Of a stretch of 64,000 nucleotides of DNA, positions 9,252 through 18,419 are shown piece by piece. The notes under the pieces were generated by a model. The model ran no database searches, was not told where the DNA came from, and saw nothing but the letters and a program-made list of their open reading frames with translations. The translations under genes and the position numbers were made by a program. The first letter of the stretch is position 1. Each line of letters begins with the position of its first letter. Source of the stretch: Fibrobacteria bacterium (lineage in GTDB: Bacteria > Fibrobacterota > Chitinivibrionia > Chitinivibrionales > FEN-1185); contig JBBIGR010000001.1 in the NCBI GenBank assembly GCA_037447435.1, positions 206,902 to 270,901 on the forward strand, written 5' to 3'.

Positions 9252-9869
9252 AAAAGCCTTACTGACAACTACGATAGCCGCAACGATCAGGGCAGTGCCG
9301 GCGATTCTGTTTACTATTACTATTAGAGCGGGTTTAAAATAAACTTTGACCCTGCTGAATATGAAGCATTTTGTCGTATCGAATGTTAACGCGCAGGAAA
9401 AAAGGCCGATAAAAAAAATAAAAAACGGTTGTGTGCGCATACAGAAATTGACTCCGGCTATTCCCACAACGGTCATCCAAAAAACATAAACAAAAGGATT
9501 GGATGAATTTATAAGAAAGCCCGAGATAAACCCTCTGAACAATTTCGGTTGTTGTTCCATAGTCCCTATTCCGTTCATCGGTACGGTTACCGCCGGTTTT
9601 CGTATCCATTGGGTCAAACCAAAGACAAACAGGATAACCGCACAAACGACAGAGGCCCATCGTTGGTTATTGACTTTTGTAAGAAATTGGGTGCAACCCA
9701 AGACCGTTATTGAAATGATGGCGGTATCGCTTACCCATAATCCTAAAAGTACGGCCATTCCCGCGACAAATCCGCTCCGTACGCATGCCTGAAAGTATAG
9801 CAGTAGCCCCGGTCCGACACTGAGAGTCATGGTAAGTGCGACCAATGAACCGGCAAAAAACGGGTTCAT
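9246..9869 (-). CDS. LysE/RhtB family translocator
   Basis: SVGPG motif, GF..N.SNP, about 6 hydrophobic segments; ATGA overlap with the upstream stop. Confidence 0.8.
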   Translation of the reverse strand: MNPFFAGSLVALTMTLSVGPGLLLYFQACVRSGFVAGMAVLLGLWVSDTAIISITVLGCTQFLTKVNNQRWASVVCAVILFVFGLTQWIRKPAVTVPMNGIGTMEQQPKLFRGFISGFLINSSNPFVYVFWMTVVGIAGVNFCMRTQPFFIFFIGLFSCALTFDTTKCFIFSRVKVYFKPALIVIVNRIAGTALIVAAIVVVSKAFL

Positions 9870-10990
9870 GGGTTCCGTGTTAGCATAATAAGGTCGCAAA
9901 CTTCCCGAACCGCACCATTGCCGCCTTGGGCTTTTGTAATGTAATGGGCGATATTTTTAACCGCAATATTCCCGTCCGGCACGGTCACGGCAACTCCGAC
10001 TTTTTGCATAACGTCAAGATCGTTGATGTCATCGCCGACGTACACCACGTCTTGAAACGAAAGCCCTTCTTTTTCAAGGAATTTTCCGAGCACTTCCATT
10101 TTATTCCCCGATTTTGCATGAACATGGTCTATCGATAATTTGTATGCGCGTTGATAAACAATATCACTGTTTTCCGATGAAATGAACGCTGTTTTGAGCC
10201 CTGCTTTTTGGACGATCGAAATGCCCATTCCGTCACGAGTGTTAAATTTTTTTAGTTCATCACCGTTTGCGGAATAATACATTCCGCCGTCGGTAAGCAC
10301 GCCGTCGACATCCATGACCATAATTTTTACCTTTGCAAGTTTATTCAAAATGTCGCTTTTCTGGCGGCCTTCCATAAGACGTTGTCGCAAAAGCGCTTCC
10401 GTCATTGTAAACGTTGTCGCATCGTCTATCTCGACATTCAGTTCCGGCTCATTGACTTTTCTGCAAATAGTGTCGCCATACCATTTTCCGGCCTTGATTA
10501 CGTTTTTATTTAAGATATAAACATTGCCGTCATCGTAAAAAAATCCCGGAATGTCTTGCCTGCGCAGATTCCGATGCGTGGCATATTCGATTATCTTGGT
10601 GTAATATCCGGTCGCAAGGGTGTCGTAGTTGCCTTGTAAAAATTCTTTGATGCAATTGTCTATGGTATCATGGTTTCGCAGCGGCGAAGTCGGTTGCAAG
10701 ACCACCACTGCATTGCACTCCACTTGTGCGGCAATATGCTGCAAAACGGCAAGAGTTGTCGTATCGTCCTGCGCTAAATCGCATGGCCGTATCATGACGC
10801 GCGCTCCGAAATTCCTGGCACAATCGGCAATGACGGGGTCTTCGGTAGACACCACAAAATCATCGAGAAGTTTCGATTGCTTTGCGGCCTGTATGGTCCA
10901 ATAAATCAGCGGAAAACCGGCTATCGGTAAAATATTTTTTCCCGGCAGTCCCTTGCTCCCGCCGCGGGCCAAAATGACGCCAAATATCAT
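9866..10990 (-). CDS. neuA: Acylneuraminate cytidylyltransferase fused to a KdsC-like HAD phosphatase
   Basis: ARGGSKGLPGKN and LQPTSPLR; C-terminal DVDGVLTDG, GDDIND, GGNGAVREVCD. Confidence 0.9.
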   Translation of the reverse strand: MIFGVILARGGSKGLPGKNILPIAGFPLIYWTIQAAKQSKLLDDFVVSTEDPVIADCARNFGARVMIRPCDLAQDDTTTLAVLQHIAAQVECNAVVVLQPTSPLRNHDTIDNCIKEFLQGNYDTLATGYYTKIIEYATHRNLRRQDIPGFFYDDGNVYILNKNVIKAGKWYGDTICRKVNEPELNVEIDDATTFTMTEALLRQRLMEGRQKSDILNKLAKVKIMVMDVDGVLTDGGMYYSANGDELKKFNTRDGMGISIVQKAGLKTAFISSENSDIVYQRAYKLSIDHVHAKSGNKMEVLGKFLEKEGLSFQDVVYVGDDINDLDVMQKVGVAVTVPDGNIAVKNIAHYITKAQGGNGAVREVCDLIMLTRNP

Positions 10991-10991
10991 A

Positions 10992-12065
10992 TCACATCCC
11001 CACTATCTTCAAGTAAAGATCCTTTATTTTATCTCTGGTGAGTATTGATTGCCAATTTTTGCCAAGCGCATTTTGCAAGGGTTTCTCCATGATAAGCGTT
11101 ATGTCGATCATTTTTTCCAATGTTTTATCGTCAACAATTCCTACAGGATTCCGAGGCAACGTTATTTTATTATTGATCAGCATTTCCCTATAATCGGGAA
11201 TATATTCCGGATAATATTCCTCCAGATGATTAAACACAAGACAATTTGCCAATCCGTGATGGACTCCGAATGCCCAACTCAGCCCATAAGACAATGCGTG
11301 ACAAATACCGACTTCGGAATACACAATGGCGTTTCCTCCCATGTACGATGCCATCATGAGATCGGCATCATTACCCTGGAATAAAAAAATGTTGTTACAA
11401 AGTTCCAATGCCTTGGACGCAAATGCTTTTGAAAATTCGTTGAGAAATGTTCCTGCCAGGGATTCGACGCAATGGATGTAACAGTCCATGCCCGTGAAAA
11501 AGCGTTGCTCTCTGGGAACAGTTGCGAGCAGATCGGGGTCGAGTATTACATAGTCGAACAGCGAATAATCGCTGTTGATACCCTGCTTCTTGACCGGCCC
11601 CGTAAGCACTGTTGTCCGCGACACTTCGGATCCGGTGCCGGATACGGTTGGTATTCCTATTTTGTAAATTGGCGGAACCGTGACGAGGTCCCAACCTTGG
11701 TACCTATGTGTTTTTCCCGGATTGGTAAGCATTATAGACAGCGCCTTTGCCGTGTCTAATGTCGAGCCGCCGCCTATTCCGATAATTGCCGAGGGAAGCG
11801 TGTGTTTTTGTTGTAAAACCGTTTCAACATGGATATCGATGGTTTCCGTTTTCGGTTCATTTGTCGTATCTTCAAAAAAGCATATGTCCGTACTTAGGAT
11901 CCGAATTTTATTCAGCAGCGGATTATTTTTGAAAAAATGATCAATGACAAAAACGACATATTTATCATTTAACCTTTTCTCTTCCAAAATATCCGCCAAG
12001 GCAGCTATTGCGCCGGATGAAAAAATCACCTGTGGAACGGGACGAAATATTTTATATTGCACCAT
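10992..12065 (-). CDS. kdnB: Iron-containing alcohol dehydrogenase, KdnB (Kdo 8-oxidase)-like
   Basis: GGGSTLDTAK, PTVSGTGSEVSRT, GINSDY, TGMDCYIHCVESL, VGICHALSYGL, HHG. Confidence 0.75.
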   Translation of the reverse strand: MVQYKIFRPVPQVIFSSGAIAALADILEEKRLNDKYVVFVIDHFFKNNPLLNKIRILSTDICFFEDTTNEPKTETIDIHVETVLQQKHTLPSAIIGIGGGSTLDTAKALSIMLTNPGKTHRYQGWDLVTVPPIYKIGIPTVSGTGSEVSRTTVLTGPVKKQGINSDYSLFDYVILDPDLLATVPREQRFFTGMDCYIHCVESLAGTFLNEFSKAFASKALELCNNIFLFQGNDADLMMASYMGGNAIVYSEVGICHALSYGLSWAFGVHHGLANCLVFNHLEEYYPEYIPDYREMLINNKITLPRNPVGIVDDKTLEKMIDITLIMEKPLQNALGKNWQSILTRDKIKDLYLKIVGM

Positions 12066-12068
12066 ACG

Positions 12069-13271
12069 TCAATTTTCCTGCAACTTGTTTAATGCCTCAT
12101 CCGCCGACGATATGAGATAATCGATGTCGTCGTCGGATAAATCCGTGCCAAAAGGAAAGGAAATCATGGAATCGAAGAACGCATTCGATTCCGGGCATGT
12201 TCCCGTATCGAAATAGCCGTTTTTTTGAAACAACTCGTACCGATAGAGCGGACAGTATTGTACCGCACATTTTATTCCATATTCATTGTAAAGCATGTCG
12301 ATGAGATCGTCCCTTGTCTTTCCTGAATTACTCGTGCAAAACCGAGCCGGAAGCAAATGCATGGCTGAAACCGAATTCTGAGACTGCGCTTGGAATCGGA
12401 GTTCGCCATGACTACTAAGCCCTGAAACGATTTTTTCAAACGAAGCCCTTCTTTTTTCATTTATCTTATCGAGCCTTTCCAATAAAATCGTGCCCGCTTT
12501 TGCCTGAATTTCGCCAAGAGCAAAATTATACGGTATCAGTCCCGGAGCAGCTTCCACGATATTGCTCATTGCCGGCTGCCAATATTTTTGTTGATTGACA
12601 AAAGGCCTTTGGCCTATTTTACGGAGTCCAAGAATCGTCTCGGCGTAATTGTCATTATTGGTAACGATCATTCCGCCTTCGCCGAGAGTGGTTATATTTT
12701 TTTGACCATGAAAACTGAAACAGCCGAAATCGCCGAACGTACCGACCTTTTTTCCCTGCCAATTTGCACCGGGAGCCTGGGCGCAGTCTTCGATAATTAT
12801 CAGACCGTGTTCCAAGGACATTTTCATCAGCTCATCCATTTGCACCGGTAAACCGTACAAGTGGACAACAACAATGGCCTTGGTTCTTGGTGTGATTTTT
12901 TTCCTTATATCGGAAATATCCATGACAAAGGTTTTAGGATCTATGTCTGCAAAAACGATTTTTGCCTTAAGCCGTAAAAACGGAAGCGCACTTGCGGTAA
13001 ACGTATGCGCGGGTACAATGACTTCGTCGCCCTGTACAACACCGCTCAGCATTGTCGCAATTTCCAGCGCGCTGGAAGCATTGCTGACGCCGAAAGCGTG
13101 TTTAACCGACAAATATTTAGAAAAATCATTTTCAAATTCCTGCAGATAAGGCCCCATCGACAGTGTCTGCGCCTCCTGCAACGCGACATTCAATCGAGAA
13201 ATTTCATCACTGGTCAATTTGGTTTGGATTCTTGGAAAATCGAGTTTTATTTTTACGCTCACGTCAATCAC
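12069..13271 (-). CDS. DegT/DnrJ/EryC1/StrS PLP-dependent sugar aminotransferase
   Basis: VHLYG, IEDCAQAPG, FSFHGQKNITTLGEGG (catalytic Lys). Confidence 0.9.
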   Translation of the reverse strand: MIDVSVKIKLDFPRIQTKLTSDEISRLNVALQEAQTLSMGPYLQEFENDFSKYLSVKHAFGVSNASSALEIATMLSGVVQGDEVIVPAHTFTASALPFLRLKAKIVFADIDPKTFVMDISDIRKKITPRTKAIVVVHLYGLPVQMDELMKMSLEHGLIIIEDCAQAPGANWQGKKVGTFGDFGCFSFHGQKNITTLGEGGMIVTNNDNYAETILGLRKIGQRPFVNQQKYWQPAMSNIVEAAPGLIPYNFALGEIQAKAGTILLERLDKINEKRRASFEKIVSGLSSHGELRFQAQSQNSVSAMHLLPARFCTSNSGKTRDDLIDMLYNEYGIKCAVQYCPLYRYELFQKNGYFDTGTCPESNAFFDSMISFPFGTDLSDDDIDYLISSADEALNKLQEN

Positions 13272-14373
13272 ACCCTTTCAATTGTTTCGAAGATGCATAC
13301 CAGGAAATTTCCTCAGCCGTATATTGCGACTTTCTTTCGAAAGCGAAATGTTGCGAATACTTTCTCAATGGCGATTCAACGTTGTTATGCTTATTGTGGT
13401 ACAATCGATAGTGCGTTGATTTTTTTTCCAGATGGTTCTTAATTGTTTGTGCAATACGCTCTGCAGAAGTTCCGTTGTTTTGTATCGGTGCCAACTTTCT
13501 AATTTCTTCGATCGGGACATCGGCATGAATTTCTTTTCCTAACGATTCTCCGATGAAAACAACTGAAGAAAACCGGGTAACAAGAACTTCGCAATTTGCA
13601 ATCATGTGATTGGTGTTTCCTCTTTCAAACACGAGCGACTTTGGCGCATATCGCATGATTTCCCGCACTGCACGTTTTACGTTTTCACTTGGGTGTAATT
13701 TGAACACTATTTGACGTCCCTGAGCAATGCGGACGGTTTTCAGGATAAATTTTTTTCGGTTTTCATACTCCATGCATTCCCGTAAATTTGATGTTGCTGC
13801 CAGCACAAAATTTTTATAGGGAAAATCGTTATTCAAAAACTGCTTATTATTGTCGAAATTCGGCACCCCGGTAACGACAATTTTTTCAGGAGGAATGCCT
13901 TTTTTGACAAAAACTTCTTTAAATCCCGCCGACGCAACAAAGAAAAGTTCATAAGCATTAGATAACCCGGTAGCCGACGTACCGGCAATAAAACGCGGAA
14001 AACCGAAATTCTTCACTAAGAAATATCCCAAACGCTGCGGGTCGGTCATACCTTCCTGCACCAGAAAAACCGGTTTATTTCTAATATTTTTTTGTATAAT
14101 GAGATCTTGACATGTTACGACAAAATCATAATCGTTGGCGGCGCCCTTGTAATCGATTGCAGCCTCTTTTGATTTAAGATAATGCAGGGTCTGTTCCTTG
14201 TATTTCCCGCCGAGGATGGAAAAATCGAAAAATCGCTTTGCCACATCATCCCTAAAATCCCCGATATAGTATGGGGTAAAGACACAATCGTATTCCGGAA
14301 AATGCATTGCGATTTGATGCATCATGGTCGTTTGGTTGACAGACCCGCAAATAAACAGGATTTTTTTCTTCAT
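13264..14373 (-). CDS. Putative GT-B transferase (sialyl/ulosonyl-transferase-like)
   Basis: Start MKKKILF at 14373 overlaps the neuB stop (TAATG); motifs QEG, VTGVPNFD, KLHP, SSV. Confidence 0.55.
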   Translation of the reverse strand: MKKKILFICGSVNQTTMMHQIAMHFPEYDCVFTPYYIGDFRDDVAKRFFDFSILGGKYKEQTLHYLKSKEAAIDYKGAANDYDFVVTCQDLIIQKNIRNKPVFLVQEGMTDPQRLGYFLVKNFGFPRFIAGTSATGLSNAYELFFVASAGFKEVFVKKGIPPEKIVVTGVPNFDNNKQFLNNDFPYKNFVLAATSNLRECMEYENRKKFILKTVRIAQGRQIVFKLHPSENVKRAVREIMRYAPKSLVFERGNTNHMIANCEVLVTRFSSVVFIGESLGKEIHADVPIEEIRKLAPIQNNGTSAERIAQTIKNHLEKKSTHYRLYHNKHNNVESPLRKYSQHFAFERKSQYTAEEISWYASSKQLKGCD

Positions 14374-15287
14374 TATACTGCCATTTCCAGCGTTTGATTT
14401 TGCAAAACGCGCCGCATTTTCTTTTGTGCCGCAATTTCGCTGGCATACAATCTTTTTGTCCCATCGCCCATTGCTTTTTCGACGCATCGTATATTACGAA
14501 CCAGAATTTCGAGTCCGTGCAGTTCTACGGAAGCCGCTTGATCGGTTCCCCACATCGCCCGTTCGAGGGTTATATGGCGTTCGACGAAATGTGCGCCCAA
14601 AGCCACTGCTGCAACCGTTGTGGGCAATCCGATTTCATGGCCCGAATATCCGATAATTGCTTTAGGAAAATTCTTTTCAAGGGTAGTTATCATCCGAAGG
14701 TTTAATTCCTCATCTATGCACGGGTATGCCGAAGTGGTATGGGCAAGAAAAAGATTTTCTTCCCCGATAAGTCCGACAGCTTCTTTTATTTCCTGCATTG
14801 TCGACATGCCGGTGGAAATCATTACTGGCGCCCCCGCATGCTTGATACTTGACAATAAACTTTTATCGGTAAGCATTGCCGAGGAAATTTTATACAGAGG
14901 CACATCGAATTGTTTTATGAATTCCACCGAAGGAATGTCCCAGCATGAAGCAAACCATTGGATGTTCATTTCTTTGCAATACCGGTCCAATTCCACATAC
15001 TCATTGAAACCGAATTCAATCTTTTTGCGATATTCAAGATAAGAAATATATCCCCACGGCGTTTCACGCATGACACCTTGTTGTTCGGGAGGAACACATA
15101 ATTCCGGAGTCCGCTTTTGGAACTTGACTGCATTGCATCCTGCCCGAACCGCGCCGTCTATCATTTTTTTTGCTAGTTCTATCGAACCATTGTGATTTAT
15201 CCCTATTTCGGCAATGATAAAAACCGGTGCGCCCTCACCGACTACGGCGTGTCCGACAACGCATTGCTTTCCATTTTGTAATTCCAT
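14373..15287 (-). CDS. neuB: N-acetylneuraminate synthase family (short form, no SAF domain)
   Basis: IIAEIGINHNG, AVKFQKR, ISTGM, GYSGHE, VERHITL. Confidence 0.92.
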   Translation of the reverse strand: MELQNGKQCVVGHAVVGEGAPVFIIAEIGINHNGSIELAKKMIDGAVRAGCNAVKFQKRTPELCVPPEQQGVMRETPWGYISYLEYRKKIEFGFNEYVELDRYCKEMNIQWFASCWDIPSVEFIKQFDVPLYKISSAMLTDKSLLSSIKHAGAPVMISTGMSTMQEIKEAVGLIGEENLFLAHTTSAYPCIDEELNLRMITTLEKNFPKAIIGYSGHEIGLPTTVAAVALGAHFVERHITLERAMWGTDQAASVELHGLEILVRNIRCVEKAMGDGTKRLYASEIAAQKKMRRVLQNQTLEMAV

Positions 15288-15389
15288 TGTATCCCCTTTT
15301 TGAATGCTGCTTCATTTGTTTATAAATGCCGACCTAGTATGTTGCTTTGCAACTGCATCGTTGCAGCTGAGATAAGTCATATTTAGTTG

Positions 15390-16049
15390 CTAATTTTTTG
15401 CAAATTCTATTGTGGCGTAATACGCTTCGGCACTTGACTCGGTATTATCGGAATCCGTCATGATGCTTACCGCTTCGATGTGAGAAAACCCTTTGCCGAA
15501 GCATTGTTCAATATCGTCCCGTACATTTACTTTTTGAAACACCCATTTTCCAAGATTCTCTTTTCCAGATTGAAGCACGATCACTTTGTCGTATGCGTTT
15601 TTTGAATCCATAACCTCGCTTCCGACTCTAAGCGAGGTACTCCACACATATTTGACGGCATGAATGGAAAACCCTTTTTTTACGCCGACGATGATTCCCG
15701 CAGCCGAATCATTTCTTCGTTTTTCGTCCTCCCGGGCGCTATCCGGAAGCGTCACGGCTTTCCATGCCCATTTCAACACCGGGTATTCGCTCAAAGTAAT
15801 CGAAATCTTTTTTGCCAAACAAAGATTATGTGCCGAGTTAAAAACATGCAATACGAATTGTCCTTGAGTTTTAGAAACATCGAACATCTGTTTATTTCCC
15901 AGAATTATTTCCCATTTGCCTTGTTGCACCGTCTTGTCATTTACCGCAATGGAAAACGAATCTATTAAGGAGATTTCCGGAAATACCTGCCTATGATAAA
16001 TAAGGACAACGGCACCGATAAATATTCCCCTAATTAATTTATTTGTCAC
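15390..16049 (-). CDS. DUF3047 domain secreted protein
   Basis: YPVLKWAWK, NDSAA, KYVWS, IMTDSDNT...AEAYY. Confidence 0.8.
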   Translation of the reverse strand: MTNKLIRGIFIGAVVLIYHRQVFPEISLIDSFSIAVNDKTVQQGKWEIILGNKQMFDVSKTQGQFVLHVFNSAHNLCLAKKISITLSEYPVLKWAWKAVTLPDSAREDEKRRNDSAAGIIVGVKKGFSIHAVKYVWSTSLRVGSEVMDSKNAYDKVIVLQSGKENLGKWVFQKVNVRDDIEQCFGKGFSHIEAVSIMTDSDNTESSAEAYYATIEFAKN

Positions 16050-16238
16050 ATTGCATTCGCTTTGAATAGGACTTCTAATCTCTGTTTTCGGATATGCATG
16101 CTTTTAAAATTGCTATCGCTGAGCAAGGATATTATTTGCTTTATGTTAGATTTGTGTAATGTAAGGGTCGTGTTGGCCTAACGAAATTCTATTCTTTTTC
16201 TTATAATTTTAAAATCCTTGTCCGTTATATTTTTTATC

Positions 16239-17108
16239 ATGAAAACAATTTCACTCGTACAATACAAAGGCGGAGTCGGAAAAACAACCGTAGCGGCACT
16301 TTTATGTAAAGTCCTTGCAGCGGCAAAGTACCGCGTTCTTGCAATTGATCTTGACCGGCATCAATACCATTTATCCAGTCTTTTGGGCGGATCAGCCTCA
16401 CCGAAGATATTCCGAGATAGATCACCGACCACATTCGCTTCGGGTTTGCTTTCCAATCTTTTACTCAAAACCGCATTCGAAAATCTGAATTATATAACGC
16501 TTTGTGAATCGTTTTGCGACTGGAATACGAACGACACTTATCAGCTCAGCAAACGGTTCGCATTTTTTAATTTTAAGGCCGATTATGATTATGTAATCAT
16601 CGACACGCCTCCCGGGTTCGGCAAAATTCACGAACTTGCCATTAGCGTTTCGGACCATATCGTTTTGCCTATCGATTTATCTTCGATTTCGGTTGCATCC
16701 GTCGAGCGGTTTTGCCTCGATCTGCATAAAAGAGAACATTATCAAGTAAAAAGTTACAGTATTTTGCGCAATTTCGTGTCGCGGGCCGTCAACGCAGCTC
16801 AGTTCAATCCGTTGTTTCATGCGAGCCTGAAAAACAGGGTTCTGTCCCATAGTCTTTCGGCAGACGAACGCATCCGTTCAATCACCTCGGGTTATTGCGA
16901 TTTTCTTTCTCAGTATCTGCCGCAACATATTGTTTCGCAACTCTTTTCAATGGTTTTGGATCTTTTCCAAGCAGATCCGGTTAATTTGGCCCAAGCATGC
17001 AATAAACTTTGTTTCAAGGAATCTCTTGATACGCGCTTCAATGAATCTGCGCTTATTTTCGAAAATGCCGAAACAGTTTCAACCGATTTTTCCGTTTCTT
17101 TTTCATAA
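16239..17108 (+). CDS. ParA/MinD family ATPase (orphan)
   Basis: KGGVGKTT, VLAIDLD, YVIIDTPPG. Confidence 0.85.
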   Translation: MKTISLVQYKGGVGKTTVAALLCKVLAAAKYRVLAIDLDRHQYHLSSLLGGSASPKIFRDRSPTTFASGLLSNLLLKTAFENLNYITLCESFCDWNTNDTYQLSKRFAFFNFKADYDYVIIDTPPGFGKIHELAISVSDHIVLPIDLSSISVASVERFCLDLHKREHYQVKSYSILRNFVSRAVNAAQFNPLFHASLKNRVLSHSLSADERIRSITSGYCDFLSQYLPQHIVSQLFSMVLDLFQADPVNLAQACNKLCFKESLDTRFNESALIFENAETVSTDFSVSFS

Positions 17109-18388
17109 TGCCCCGTTCACGCACTGCAGAAATATTTTCTTTTATAAAAAGAACCGCCGCCGGGCGCGCACCGGGTCAACTGATCATACAGATCTCGGAT
17201 CGATGTAATGCGTTTTGCCCGCAATGCGGCATGCGCGTTACCGAGGATTTTCGACGTACATCTCTTCCCGAAGATAAGATAAAGAAAATTATCGATGATG
17301 CTGTGCAACGCGGAATATCATTGCTCTCCTTTACCGGAGGAGAACCGCTGCTTGATATAGAACTGCTCGTGCGGCTCATTACGCACGCCCAAAATGCCGG
17401 CATACCGTATATTCGGACCGGCACAAACGCTTTTTTCCTTGCAAGGCCTTTGCAAAACGGATTCGAGGTTCGGATACGGCGCATTATCGATGCCTTGGCG
17501 AAAACTTCTTTGAGAAATTTTTGGATAAGTATTGATTCATGCGATCCGGTTATTCATGAAGAAATGCGGGGGTTCAAGGATGTCGCCAAAGGAATAGAAT
17601 TTTCATTGCCGCTTTTTCATGAAGCCGGGCTGTATCCTGCCGCAAACATGGGAATTAACAGGAATATGGCAGGCCGCGGATCCATTCCGGTTTTCAATGA
17701 TCCTGCATCGACTTTTCCCTTTGACTTTTATAAAAACTTGGTTTTTGAAAATGCCGTTACGTTTTATTCTTTTGTTAGGGATTTGGGTTTTACAACAGTC
17801 AACATGTGCTATCCCATGAGTTTTGACCCCAACGATCTGGAGATCTACGAAAAAAAGCATTTGCCGTTGCAACCCGTGTACGAGGCAATGTCGCGCGACG
17901 CCGTGGTTCGTTTCACAAAACAGGAAAAATCCGCTTTATTTGCCGGAATTTCCAAGGCTATTTCAGTACATCGGAGTAAAATCAGAATCTTTACCCCGCA
18001 AAGTTCTCTGTATGCGCTTTCGAAAGCCATGAGCGACCCTGGGTACGAATCCTATCCGTGCCGGGGTGGGCATGATTTCTTTTTTGCCTCGGTACTTGGA
18101 GAAATTTTTCCTTGCGGATATATGGGGAAAAAACCGCTTGACATTTCTTGGGGAAAAAAAGCGGATGCTCCTCACTGTTTTAACTGCGAATGGGAATGCT
18201 TCAGAGACCCATCGGAACTTTTTGGTCCGGTCCACGATTTTTTACATGCGCCTTTGCGATTGGCAAAGCGTTTCATCCATGACAGCGACTATTTCAAACT
18301 CTGGATAAATGATATCCGCTATTTTACGGCTTGCGACCTTTTCAACGGCCGAGTCCCGCCGAATTATTCAAAGCTCGCGAAGTTTTAA
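17108..18388 (+). CDS. Radical SAM protein with C-terminal Cys cluster (SPASM/twitch-like)
   Basis: CNAFCPQC, FTGGEP, C-terminal CRGG..FPCG..CFNCEWEC; TAATG overlap with ParA. Confidence 0.88.
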   Translation: MPRSRTAEIFSFIKRTAAGRAPGQLIIQISDRCNAFCPQCGMRVTEDFRRTSLPEDKIKKIIDDAVQRGISLLSFTGGEPLLDIELLVRLITHAQNAGIPYIRTGTNAFFLARPLQNGFEVRIRRIIDALAKTSLRNFWISIDSCDPVIHEEMRGFKDVAKGIEFSLPLFHEAGLYPAANMGINRNMAGRGSIPVFNDPASTFPFDFYKNLVFENAVTFYSFVRDLGFTTVNMCYPMSFDPNDLEIYEKKHLPLQPVYEAMSRDAVVRFTKQEKSALFAGISKAISVHRSKIRIFTPQSSLYALSKAMSDPGYESYPCRGGHDFFFASVLGEIFPCGYMGKKPLDISWGKKADAPHCFNCEWECFRDPSELFGPVHDFLHAPLRLAKRFIHDSDYFKLWINDIRYFTACDLFNGRVPPNYSKLAKF

Positions 18389-18419
18389 TACTTTTGACGG
18401 CATCGGTTCAAAACTCTAA

